Assembly (NCBI GenBank): GCA_001687465.1
Contig: LVLI01000094.1
Coordinates: 1 to 64,000, forward strand
Direction: 5' to 3'
Length of the DNA stretch: 64,000 nucleotides
Source: Halocafeteria seosinensis
Taxonomy: Eukaryota
This document shows positions 23,213 through 35,105 of the stretch, piece after piece (the first letter of the stretch is position 1; each line of letters begins with the position of its first letter). Both the position numbers and the translations under genes were made by a program. The notes under the pieces were generated by a model. The model did no database searches and was not told the DNA's origin. It worked only from the letters and a program-made list of their open reading frames with translations.

Positions 23213-23551
23213 TACACACACTATGCACGTAAGGGTGAGCACGGGTCAATGAATGCCTAGGCGGGTGACTTTTATCCGTAAACTGCACACTTTGTGGCAA
23301 GGAACAAACCAACCAATCCGGGGGTGTCTATCTGTCACACTACAGCTGTCAGCGACGTTCGCAAGGCCATACGGTATGTCCATACACACCTACACGCACA
23401 CACATGTCTGGATATAATACATACACGTGCAAGAAGAAATATACTGGGGCCTCCGTTACAGTGTCTACCCTAGCCTTGGCATTGCAAGTTGGCAATTGCA
23501 CCGCGGGATATCTTGGTCTGGGCCCTAATAAGCCGGGCCCCAATACAATAA

Positions 23552-23569
23552 ACACACACACACACACAC
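23552..23569. repeat. (AC)n microsatellite between IMPDH and the deaminase
   Basis: acacacacacacacacac read directly. Confidence 0.9.
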
Positions 23570-23892
23570 TTTGGACCTCTTTTCAGTGTTTGTCACACAG
23601 ACCCCTTTCTCGGAACTGGCTAACTTAGGTAAGATTGGTGTGGTGGGATGTGTTGTATGAGTGCATTGTCGTCGACGAAAGGAGCGCGGATGGACAAGTG
23701 GACCTGCCAGGATATCAGGTTTTCCTCCAAGCAGTGCTGCTAGTAGTGTCTTCGCCCGGTGCACCGAGTAGGCCATCAATATTGAATGTATAATAACGCT
23801 CTGTCTCTTGTTTGTTCGATCTCAGGTTTGAACGTTCAAGACTAAGATACGTTCGCGTACACGTGGCGGATGTTATACCATAGAACCCTACG

Positions 23893-24366
23893 ATGAAAAC
23901 CGAAGAAGAATATCTAAACGACGCTATCCAGTTAGCAACTGAAAACGTCAAGAACGATGGTGGACCTTTCGGGGCAGTTATCATTGATCAGGAGGGCAAT
24001 GTTGTGGGACAGTCTGGTAATCGTGTAACAGCGTCATGTGATCCAACAGCGCACGCTGAAGTAATGGCCATCCGTGACGCCTGCCAGAAGCGACAGAATT
24101 TTATGTTGGATGACTGTGTATTGTACAGCTCTTGCGAACCCTGCCCTATGTGCCTGGGAGCTATCTATTGGGCTCGTATCCGGAAAGTGTACTATGCTGC
24201 AACGCGGCATGAAGCTGCAGATGCTGGCTTCAGTGATGAATTCATTTACCAAGAACTTGAAAAGCCAATTCCTGACAGGAAACTCCCACAAGAGCATCTG
24301 TCGTCCCCCTCCGCTGATAGCCCCTTCACCTTATGGAAGAAACTGGAAGCAAAGGTGGAGTACTAA
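23893..24366 (+). CDS. guaD: Guanine (or guanosine) deaminase, cytidine/deoxycytidylate deaminase fold, intronless
   Basis: GGPFGAVI, DPTAHAEV, SSCEPCPMCLGAIYWARI, AGFSD and a C-terminal Tyr (KVEY), as in Bacillus GuaD and plant GSDA. Confidence 0.9.
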   Translation: MKTEEEYLNDAIQLATENVKNDGGPFGAVIIDQEGNVVGQSGNRVTASCDPTAHAEVMAIRDACQKRQNFMLDDCVLYSSCEPCPMCLGAIYWARIRKVYYAATRHEAADAGFSDEFIYQELEKPIPDRKLPQEHLSSPSADSPFTLWKKLEAKVEY

Positions 24367-24557
24367 GAACATTGTACAGCCACACGGATACCCTATTGCG
24401 TGGTAGGGAGGTTACTATCTCGTATGCATCGCACTACTTGAAACGTCACTGCTACGTTAGATACGCCAGTTGTATTAATATTTAACCATGATTCATGATT
24501 ATTGCTGCCCGGCAGCGGTGTCCTGATTCAAAGTTGAACGTACAATGTACAGGGATC

Positions 24558-24820
24558 TTGTGGAGCGCTTTTTTGGAAAGTTTCAAATGTATCCCCTCCC
24601 TCCGTTGCAAATTACCCCTCCAAATCATGTTTCCAAAATTCCCCATTTCACTTTCTCTCGCCCCACTTCATCAAAGATGAGTTGTGAAGCCGCTTTTTGG
24701 AAAGTTTCAAACGTATCCCCTCCCTTCGTTGCAAATTACCCCTCTAAATCATGTTTCCAAAATTCCCCATTTCACTTTCTCTCTCCCCACTTCATCAAAG
24801 ATGAGTTGTGAAGCCGCTTT
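24558..24820. repeat. Two-copy 124-bp tandem duplication
   Basis: ggaaagtttcaaa.gtatcccctccct.cgttgcaaattacccct...catcaaagatgagttgtgaagccgctttt starts at 24575 and 24699. Confidence 0.92.
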
Positions 24821-24944
24821 TGTGAAGCGAACTCGCAAAACAGCCGCATAACCCCTGTACAAGCGAGCAGCGGCCTGTTTGTGTTGATTCCTGTCCAGTA
24901 ATCCCTCGAATGTAGTGTCCAATCCGTCAGTCAGAGGTTCTAGA

Positions 24945-26636
24945 ATGGTCCGACTATGGCCGAGAAGCAGGTATTGGAGACTGATGTACCGCCATGTAGT
25001 GCATTGTGGAAGATGTATGAACAGCCCAAGTGTATTGGCGCAAAGGAAAGCGCATGCAACAGATCCTCCGCGTGCCATGATGAGCTCGGAGAGGACGGTC
25101 AAGCAATCAGTGTTTCGAGAGCGAGCGGCGAAATACCACCAAGTCTCGCAGTACCTGTCCCGACTGACCCAGGACTCCCGGCCAGCGTATGAGTTACCAC
25201 GGCTACTGTCTGAGATGGCCGGCCACGGCTATCCTACACTCGGTAGAGAATTGGGCACGCTTCGGAATGTCATGAACACAATGGAGGAAGATCTCGAGTT
25301 GATTCGGACAAGCGATCACTTGGATATTACTTCCGACCGGAACGTCCGCTTCATTTTCGAAACGTGTGCTGGCGCAAATGATATAAATTTGCGCTTTGAA
25401 CGACGAACTTTCCAAAACGGAGTTCATTCGCCTCCTCGACAGTGGTTTGATATTGTCAAAACTTCGCGCAAAGTTCTCTTCATGTGCCTTCACAATTCAA
25501 AAGAAGTGCTGCGAGCAGATCCCAACAAGTTTTTCGAGTGGAACGATGACACGCCCTCTCCGTTCATCAAATTTCTCCAGCGTCTGTCCGCTCGAAGAAT
25601 CAAGGATGCAGAGTTTGCTTCCCTACTTTGTAAATCATTTTCTGTGCAGTATGTCAACTCTTGCTGTCTAGAGGACGTTCTCCGGCTCATATACGCCCTC
25701 AGAGGCCTCGGAATAAGTCCAAATCAAGCCGGAGGCAACTCTCCGCTAGTACTGGCTAAGCAGGAAGTGGAAACCCGAGTCAGAAAGAAGAACACCAGCG
25801 ATATGTCAGAAGTAGAGCCCGATGTATTGAGACTCATGTCCTTCCCCTTGCTCGCCAATGCTTTGTATGCCCTCTCGTCATCCAAAACACCCTCGTTTCC
25901 TCTATCGTATTGCGTCGCCCAAAAGATGAAGGAACTTTGCTCAACCGAAAGGGTTTCGCAGATGTATGCTCTAGATAAGAGGAGCGTCAGCCATCTTATC
26001 AATTCGATGTGCAGTGCGATAAATGCGTTTGGTACCGCTTTCAAGCTCAAGGGCGATACGTCCGTAAGAGAGGCCGTCACGACAACATTCGAATTTTTGT
26101 CCTCTTCAGCAGACTGGTCCGTACTCAAACAAACCGGAGAGAACGGGCTATGTCCTCTTTCTTTAGGCTCCGTTGAGTCCTTCCGTAAATTACTTAGCGC
26201 CTGTAACTCTTCAAATCGAGTATGTGCGCCACTCTTGGTTAATAAGAATGGTGGTGTGTGCCCACGAACGAGAGGAGTAACGGAGCAAAAGGATTGCTCC
26301 CGTCTCGAGCCGATTGCGTCAATCATATCCATCTTAAATGGAAGGAAGATTGATACCCGTAAACTAACAGAGTTTGCCAAAATATTAGGGAATCTGGGCA
26401 TTGTTTATCGCTCTTGGGGAGCTGTCGAAAGACTTGGCTCATATGAAAAATTGTTAAGTCTCCTACAGCGCTTTCAAAATGCCTATAGAACTCATCGAAG
26501 TAAAGATAGACTGGACGATAAAATATCTATTGAATTCTACGAAGGAATGGTCTTCCTTTATCGTGCTCTTCCAGGATTTTGTGACTTCGCCAGCATCTTG
26601 CGTGCTGATCAGCGTTCCAAAGAAACGCATTCGTGA
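24945..26636 (+). CDS. Hypothetical protein, possibly organelle-targeted and helical-repeat
   Basis: Intronless ORF of about 563 aa from ATG 24945, with an Arg-rich, acid-poor N-terminus. No firm family. Confidence 0.7.
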   Translation: MVRLWPRSRYWRLMYRHVVHCGRCMNSPSVLAQRKAHATDPPRAMMSSERTVKQSVFRERAAKYHQVSQYLSRLTQDSRPAYELPRLLSEMAGHGYPTLGRELGTLRNVMNTMEEDLELIRTSDHLDITSDRNVRFIFETCAGANDINLRFERRTFQNGVHSPPRQWFDIVKTSRKVLFMCLHNSKEVLRADPNKFFEWNDDTPSPFIKFLQRLSARRIKDAEFASLLCKSFSVQYVNSCCLEDVLRLIYALRGLGISPNQAGGNSPLVLAKQEVETRVRKKNTSDMSEVEPDVLRLMSFPLLANALYALSSSKTPSFPLSYCVAQKMKELCSTERVSQMYALDKRSVSHLINSMCSAINAFGTAFKLKGDTSVREAVTTTFEFLSSSADWSVLKQTGENGLCPLSLGSVESFRKLLSACNSSNRVCAPLLVNKNGGVCPRTRGVTEQKDCSRLEPIASIISILNGRKIDTRKLTEFAKILGNLGIVYRSWGAVERLGSYEKLLSLLQRFQNAYRTHRSKDRLDDKISIEFYEGMVFLYRALPGFCDFASILRADQRSKETHS

Positions 26637-27121
26637 CAAATGTCTGCTTCTGACGATTTCAGCGATGGGCAAAAGCCCAAAGCAACATGCTAAAAAGCGC
26701 TGGTCCATTCCGTCCTTCCAGTGTGGGTTTAAAAAAGGAAGTCTCTGTATCGCAACTTATTACTGCAAGTGCTCACCCTCACATCAGCGGGGTGCAAGAC
26801 AGGTTCAGTGTCGTGTACATGCTGCAGTATCGGCAGCGATGGATTCCAAGCGACTTCGTGTCACTTCCGTGCGGACTTACGACGTATATCTTGCGAACGG
26901 TCCCGCCCCGCACTGGCGGCATCCGCAGTCGGAAAGACGTCCGGTTTCCGTTGTCTAGGTAGTCCAATTTTTTCATCGGTAATGTAAATTTACATACGTG
27001 TCCCAAGTATTGCCGTTCGCAGAACCAACCATGTGCTGCAAATAGTGCAGTGAAAATCAGTCAGAAATAGTGTTTATAATAGAGCGAGCTGATTTTGAGC
27101 TTGCGACCGACTTGAAGTGCA

Positions 27122-29659
27122 ATGGGGAAGCAGTATTACGAGCTATACGCACTCCACAGGCCACATTTCAGGATCGATTGGGCGCGGGTTTTCTTTATCT
27201 TGCCGTTGATCGCATTGACTGGGTCGGTCATTGGTGAGCGAACGAGAAGGAACCCCTTATGCCGCGAGTACGACTCTTCGGTGTGGCGGGATCGCCGGGA
27301 TCTGATTCGGGGGACGCATCTGTCGTTGGACAACAATGAGTATCGACAAGCCATTCTCGACAGTTTTAGTCTGAATCTGCCAATTGGAACGATTCTGGAC
27401 CCCTACGGAGATTACCTTGTTAAAGAATTCATTGAAACAGGACGACTTGCGAAAGACGGCGCAGGTAGAGTTCGCGCGTCCGCCGAGGACCTGGCCCAAG
27501 CCGCGAAGCGACATTCCAAGGAGGTTGCGCTGCCGAATTGGGAGAACATAGGCCCAATGAACAAAACTGTTTTCGAAATGAATCTGAACCGAACGCTATT
27601 CTTGGGACGGCAGATGGACCTCGACGCGGGAAACTACAACCAGAACCAGGGTTCCACTAGCCCAGAAGAGATGGCCATGTCGGATGAGGAAGCGAAGAAA
27701 AAGTTACATGATGCTGTATCGTTCGCCAGGAAGAGGTTCAACAAAGTCGATCAACTAGAGTATCTAAAAGGTGTGGCGACTAGTTTAATGGGAGCGAATA
27801 AGCGTTATGCTGCCGAATCGTTTGGGTACATTCTGGAACTGGATCCTACAGACAAGGAGGCCGCTCAGGTTATGGTAGATCTCTACAGTAAGTTGGGAGA
27901 TGACGAGGCGACGTTCAAAATGCTAGAATATATGCGCAAACATTTTACTGTCACGCCCGAGTTTGACAGACTCGAGCATCATGTGTCATCCGGAGTTAGG
28001 ACCCGATTGGCAAAAGACTGGGGTCGGAAACTGAACGTAAAAACAACGCGGGTCTCACGGACGATCCCGCGACTCACTCACGATGAACTTTACCGTCCAG
28101 ACAATGTCGAGTATTTGCATGGTAATCGACCATTCATTCTATCTGGCATTATTGACAGTACGACCCTGGGAAGTATGCAGCGGAAAATGGAAGCTGTGCT
28201 TGAATACTTTTCCGACAAGACTCACGTCAGCTATAACCCTTATGGAGTCCATGAAACCAGTAAGAGTGGTCCTTCTCAGGTCCGTACTTCCTTAGTAAGT
28301 CATGCATACTTGGAGGGCGGGAACTGTGCATCTCGTTAACTCTTGCTATTCCTTGCAGAAACGCGCAATGAAAATGCTAGAATATAGCAAGGGCAAAGTT
28401 CTACCGGACGCTGACAAATACGTGAGGTAAGTATTGCAAAGCCAGCATATCTACTTTTGCTTGGAAAGTTCCCGACGATCCGGTTTCCTCAGGAGCTCCC
28501 AACGAGGGCAGCATATCCAGTGGATGCCAACCAGCATGGAATGGTACCCGATTTCGAGGTTCCTTGGGTTGAGCAATCTTTCCTTACCTACCTTACTCCA
28601 AGATTTTGCTTCAGGCTGGTCTGTTGGTGCGGGATTCGGAGATCGCGAAGAACTGCGCTCAATGGAAGAGGCGCTGCCCACACGACTGATTACCCTAGGT
28701 ATGCTTCCCATTGTATTCGTAAGTTCTTCTGTTTCATATAGCTCCTGTGTGAACTGTCGTTGTTGGCAGGATCTGAACACTCGGGATTATTCATGCATGA
28801 CGACACCGTTCCCCTCAGCGCGTGGCAACTGCAGTTGGTTGGTGCAAAGACGTGGTTATTCTGTGCGCCTTCTGAGTCTGACTATATTGGCGAGGTTGGA
28901 GATATTGACGGAAACAGATGGAATCCTCAAACCGAGCCTCAGTTCGCCCTCGCTCGTTGCACAAATACAACTGTACGTGTTGGTGAGACTCTGTCCCTCT
29001 TCTTATCACCCTGTATAATTTTTGACTTTGCGCGACTCCCCAATACAGGCTTTCCCCGGTGATATAGTTTATTATCCTACAAAGTACTGGCACCAAACAC
29101 TGTACCACGTAAATGGGGCAGGCCTTGGAGAGAATAGTAGGCTCCTGAACTTCCCCTGGAATCTGGCTCCAGTGAACGTTGCCCTGGGTACTCGGGCCGT
29201 ACAGGCTTCAAAGGCAGAACAATTAAGTCAATATTTGGAGGTGTGTGTCTATGACGCGCTCTATATGAGGACAATCGGTAATATCGTCTCCGTCGTTACG
29301 TATGTATCTACCAGATGGTTTGTGACCCCGAAGCGGGTGAGGCCAGCTTCTTTACCATTGACCCCTTGTTTTGTCGACAAGGACTGGAAAGGTTCACAAA
29401 CTGGATCAAAAAGCGATATCAAGGTAGCATTGCAAAGGGTAAGTCACTTTGTCACTTCCAACTTCTGAAAACTCGGCTTGACTCTGCCCACCGCCCAGGT
29501 CAAGAAGACTGTTCGCGGGACGACAAACACCGTGTGGAGCAAGAGAAGAAAACCGATGATTCATACATGTCACTGTTAAAGAACGTGGAAGACCAGTTGG
29601 AAGAAACATATAACCTTGTGAAAGAAGAATATCAGGAGGATAAACGCTGCGACAACTAG
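27122..29659 (+). CDS. JmjC/cupin 2-oxoglutarate oxygenase with N-terminal hydrophobic segment and TPR-like region, copy 1, multi-exon
   Basis: SGLFMHDD...WQLQLVGAKTWLFCAP (HxD) and PGDIVYYPTKYWHQT (distal His); TPR-like FGYILELDPTDKEAAQVMVDLYSKLGD; several GT-AG introns. Confidence 0.82.
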
Positions 29660-30276
29660 GGCCATATTCATGCTCTGGCAACGACTTGTATACGAGAGGC
29701 ACTGTTTCGCTCGATAGCGAGTGTTGTCCCGAGATCCTCTTTAGGGCTTAGACATAACGAGATTGGACAGCGGGCACGCAAGTGTCAGGGGTACCATGTT
29801 AGTAGTAGACTTCCGCAAGTTGCCCCGCAACCCCACCTCCAGGCGAGAATTCGCCCCTAAAACAACGAGACACAACTTTATCCACCCACCTGTCAACTAT
29901 AGTTGAGTCACACACAATGGTATCCATATATAGTACATTCTGTTGTCCTTGGGGACCAGTACTGGTTTACGAAGACGAGTTCGAAGGTTGAGAGCGGATT
30001 TGCGAGGAAGTCAACGCCGTGACTCAACGGCTGGTTATCGTCAAAGTGAATTTTAGTCCGATTGCATTGTTCCACTCAACTCCAACATGTGCGAGAGACT
30101 GTTCTGAAGTCCAAATTTTTTGGGTTTATTTTATTTCTTGTCTGTCGTGTAGAGTACCATTGTCCCAAAGCCACTGCACTAGGTGAACGGGCAAGTGCGA
30201 CCGCAGAATGGAATCCATGGGCCAGGTGCTGTCTAGTAGAGTGCATTGCGTCCATACCGCAAGGAAAACGTCTCTC

Positions 30277-32745
30277 ATGAGGAGTACATTCCTCTACGGG
30301 TTGGTCACTGTGGTGCTTGTAGAAAGTGTCGTGGGAGTGCGTGGATCTGGTGGAGAGAGACAGTCCCCTGCTTGCGACAAGCACGACTTCAACGTTCGGA
30401 GGCCTCGTAAGGATCTGATTCGGGGCACATATTTGGCCTTGGATGAAAACGAAAACAGGCAAGCCATTTTAGACGGATTTAGTACAACAGTACCAACGCA
30501 CAAGATTCTAGACCCGAGGGGGGACTACCTCGTCAAAGAATTCCTGGAGACCGGACGACTTGTAAACGGCATGGACGGTTCCTCAATCTCAGGTGAATAT
30601 CTGAAGGAACTTGTGGACGACGAATCCGGAGAAGTGGAGATTCCTAATTGGAAGAATGAAGGACCAATGAACAAAACGATTTTTGAAAAACATTTGGATC
30701 GATTAATTTTTCTAACTGCTCATCCTCCGCAAGCAACTACGTCTGCCCCATCGAAAGCATCCTCTATGTCAGATGAGGAAGCAAAGCACAGTATAAAGAA
30801 GGCTATCATCAGTTCCAAAAAGTTATTTACAAGGAATGAAAGGCTAGAATATCTCAAGGCGGTGGCGGAACGTCTGTTGAAGGAGAACCTGCGGTACGCT
30901 GCGAAAGCATTCGAATATATACGCGAACTTGATCCGAGCGACATTGCCGTCGGTAACACATTATTAGACGTGTATCTGGATATCGGTGAATATGAGGCTG
31001 CGTTCAACCTATTTGAAGAGATTCGTGAACACCTTTCAGATGCAGATTCGAGATATCGGAACTTGGTGTCTCGGCTGGGAAAGCGGTTGGGAAAAGAATG
31101 GGGACGAAGAGTATACGTAGAAGATACTTCTATTGCAAGAACTGTCCCGAGGCTTACAAAAAACGACCTTTACGATCCGCAAAATGTGGACTATCTGCTT
31201 GGGAACAAACCGTTTATTCTTGTGGGGGCAGTTGAGGACACCGATCTGACGATGATGCAACGACGAATGGAAGCAGTGCTTGAGTATTTTTCTGACAAGT
31301 CCCTCGTTAGCTATGCCCCTTACGGGATTCACATCGGACCTGAATATGGTCCATCTCATGTGTCTGTTTCTTTGGTAAGTAAACATGAGGTGTAGAGTAT
31401 ACTCGTGGCCTGGGTACCCATTCAAGCTCTCTCCCTGTCGCAGAAACGGGCAGTCCGACTACTTGAGTACACTAAGGGCGACGTAACACCCAATGCAACA
31501 GACTATGTAAAGTACGGTATCCAATAGTGTGTTCATCAGAATTAGCTTACAATTTGCCTCGAATTATCAATTCTTGCAGCACTTCGCAACGGGGACCACA
31601 CGTTCAGTGGATGCCAAACAGTCTAGAGTGGTATCCAATTTCCAGATTCCTCGGATTAAGAAATATTTCACTTCCGTCTTTGTTTCATGATAATGCTTCT
31701 GGTTTATCCATTTGTGGTGGATTCGGCGATAGAGACGAAATGAGGTCTTTGGAGGAAGCACTACCAACGAGGTTGATTACACTGGGTGTGTCTCTATCAT
31801 AAGTTTCCTTCCTAACACGGTTGGATTACATTAGGATGACCTGCTACTCTATTTAATTTTCACGCGCAGGCGCGCAACACTCTGGACTATTCATGCACGA
31901 CGATGCTGTACCACTTAGTGCTTGGCAGTTTCAACTCCTCGGGGCAAAAACATGGCTGTTCTGCCCTCCTTCTGAAGGAAAATACATTGGATCCGCGCAA
32001 CAAGTTGACGGTAATGCTTGGGATCCTCACTCGCAACCACAATTCTCGCTTGCTCGCTGTACTAACACTACTGTAAGCTCCCTAGTGAACTGGTAACTTG
32101 TCTTCCAAGGGTAGGCTTTCCCCGCCATTGCAGGTGTTCCCTGGAGAAATTGTGTACTATCCAACCAAGTATTGGCACCAAACGCTATATCATTTGAACG
32201 AAGATGACTTTGGTGACAGTAACAGCAGTTTTACATATCCCTGGAACCTAACCCCAATAAATGTCGCACTAGGTTCGCGGGTAGTGCAGCCGCAGACGGT
32301 TGAACGATTAAACGATTTTTTGGAAGTAGGTTGTTCCTAGCACCGAAATCATTGAGCTTGAATTGTATTACCCTGTTGAGTGTATTCAATATGCCGCAGC
32401 ACGCATGTGAAAGCAAGAGTGGTGCTTTCTTCACTCCTGATCCTTTGTTCTGCAAGCGAGGGTTGAGCAAGTATATCAAGTGGCTGAGAAACCGATACCA
32501 AGGTGCTCTTGAAACCGGTACGTATAGAGGAGTATAGGATGTTTACGCTGAGGGTAATGTAGACAGTGTTCCACGCAGACGCTGACCGCTGCTCCAAAGA
32601 CGATGAGCGTACCGCCCAAGAAGAAGAGAGAAAAGATGCAAACTACATGTCCCTCGTTGAGAAACTTGTGCGAGAGCTTGAAGAGACTTACCGCCTCGTC
32701 GAGCAGGAATACCAAGAGGAGGGACATTGGCGACGCGGCAATTAA
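30277..32745 (+). CDS. JmjC/TPR-like protein, copy 2 (tandem paralog), signal-peptide-like start
   Basis: Collinear with copy 1 (DLIRGT.L.LD.NE.RQAILD.FS; MHDDAVPLSAWQFQLLGAKTWLFCPP; PGEIVYYPTKYWHQTLY) with equivalent intron positions. An alternative start lies at 30208. Confidence 0.82.
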
Positions 32746-33550
32746 CCGGATGCAAGACGATCTGCACGCTCCTAACCTTGAGGAAAAGTGGAGTATGTGT
32801 CTATGCACCAGAATCCCGCAACAAGCAACTCAAAACAGAGCCTTCTCAACGATTAATATGGATGCGTCGATGAATAGCGACCAGACAGCCGTAATGCGGT
32901 GTAGGCAACAAATGCGGAAATGATAGTGTCACGAATACGCCGAGTCCAGCGTGTAGTCGCCGTAAGCAAAAGGGATGATTAGCCAGAGTATACCAATAAA
33001 GAACATGTGAAAGGGTTTACACGCTTCCCCAAACTAACTTGCGTACCGACCTATGGGGATAATCCTGTGGAGAGATCCACCGACACCTTGGGATGAGGTA
33101 AGGAGGTAATGCTATTCGAAGGATACGCGGACAAGGTAAGATAGTAGCTGGTGAGCCAAGGACAAAGAATGAATTCCGTGCGGCAACTCCCTTCGCTCTT
33201 TTCGGCTGGGATGTACGGATGGAGCAAGACTGAGGTTGGATACCAAGCGGTGTTTCAGTTTAATCAGCGGGAGCACGTACGGTGCATGCTTACTGATTGC
33301 TTACTGTGTCGGCTATTCGGGGTGCGCACGGATATACACAGCAACTTGCTACGGCTACTACATCTCAAAACTATAAAACTGCTTAATGAACATGTCACGA
33401 CTTAGTGTAGCCAGTGCGTACCAACTTCGTGGATCAAATGCATTATATTTCAACTTCTAATTCAATCGGAAGTCAGTGGAAGTGGCTAAGAGAAGTATCA
33501 GTAAGCTTTTCCATTAAACACGTGCACCGCAACAAGCACCAGATACAGTC

Positions 33551-34539
33551 TTATCGACGACCTCCGAGGATACGCAACAGGAAGAGGAATAGTTGAACTA
33601 CGTCAATATACAGTGACAAGGCAGCAATAACGTAGTCATCCACCCCAAATTTCATTTTCCGGTGTTTGCCCCCTACAATCAGCTGGGTATCATAGACAAT
33701 GAATGCGGAAAAAACGATAGCACCAAGTCCAGCATATACCAACCGTAGGGAAGGGATGAATATCGCGAGAATCCCAGTAATTATCAGCACCACGAGCAAA
33801 CTCATCATTATACCGGAAGCATTCGTAAAATCGATCTTCGTTTGCCAAGCGAAAGCAGTCAGGGCTAGAAAAACACCAATTGTAAGACCTAGAGCAATGA
33901 AAACGGTATCAGTGTCATAAAAGGACGATATCACTCCCACTAAATATGACTCGAGCAACCTGTGGTCGAATGCACAGGGGGAAAATCACTCAATATTTAC
34001 TATCCAGTCGCCAACACCAACGAGATACTTACGTGAACGCGGCTAAACAAATATAGTTCTGGGGATACGTCCGAGCAACCGTAGGACAGCATGCTAGTGC
34101 TATCAAAAATCCAATGGATAGTATCCAAGCCGAATAAAACATGGCAACATTTCCTTGCACATAGTCCTTTACAGCCTGGAAAGGAAAAGAAACGAAAAGT
34201 TCGCCAGTTCCAGTACCAACTGCGGGGTGGTCGAGGCGAACTCACGTCATTGAAGGTGAAGATAGCCGTAAGGCCAAATGTTACCGTCAACTGAAGTGTT
34301 AAAATACCATACACTTTGCGAATAAACCCCATTCGCACCATTTTATCCGCCTCCTCCAGCAATTGTCCGGCTGATAAGCGTTCGCGTTCATCCTCCTCCT
34401 GCGGTGGATACCCTCCAACTTCTGGATCGCGCGGTGGCACAACAACTGCTCCCGGAGTCGGCCTATACGCCGCCGGATATTGATCGGAGTACTGCATGGG
34501 GTAGCCATGATGCACTTCTTGGCCTTGTTTATTGTACAT
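33551..34539 (-). CDS. Bax inhibitor-1/Lifeguard (TMBIM) membrane protein, copy 1, three exons
   Basis: VRMGFIRKVYGILTLQL, FAWQTKIDFT, YDTQLIVGGKH and DDYVIAALSLYIDVVQLF. Confidence 0.93.
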
Positions 34540-35105
34540 GTTGGTGTTGGATGGAATGCGACCCCACCCTGGCGGACGCTGCGGCTGTTGGATATCTTCT
34601 CGCGGAATTATTGAGTTAAACACGTCGTCACTCTGTGACAAATATCTTGGTTCGGAGAGTGCACAGGTGGTATCAATACATACATATAGGGGACGCTATG
34701 GCTATTTTGCTTCTTCGAAGGATTCTGGCTTCTTCAACTTCAACGTACCAAGTACTTACTGTCCCAACGTGGCCAAAAACGTACTAGTCAGCGCTTTCGT
34801 ATAAAACCGTGTACGATGATACGGGAGTGGCTCAAGGCCGGACGGAAGGTCATGCTACAATCGCTTCTTCAAGGACTAAGTGGAGAAAAAACTTCACTTC
34901 CAGTAGGTGTATACATCTTAGCGTGCGGTGTGGAGATAGCTTTGCCAAGCGGAACGGATAACGCTTTCTACTGATACCCCCTACTCACAGAGTAAATGCA
35001 ATGCTGGTGACATCAGTTATCTTATTTGTGGCTGCATACTTGAGACATGTGTTTCATTTCATGCGTTATCATTCCCTTGTCACAAAATGTCGTCCTGGAA
35101 TTCCC

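Noticed and set aside
23325..23342. Third copy of the short element (ctatctgtcaca)
   Set aside because: Only a 12-nt match, and the flanks do not align.
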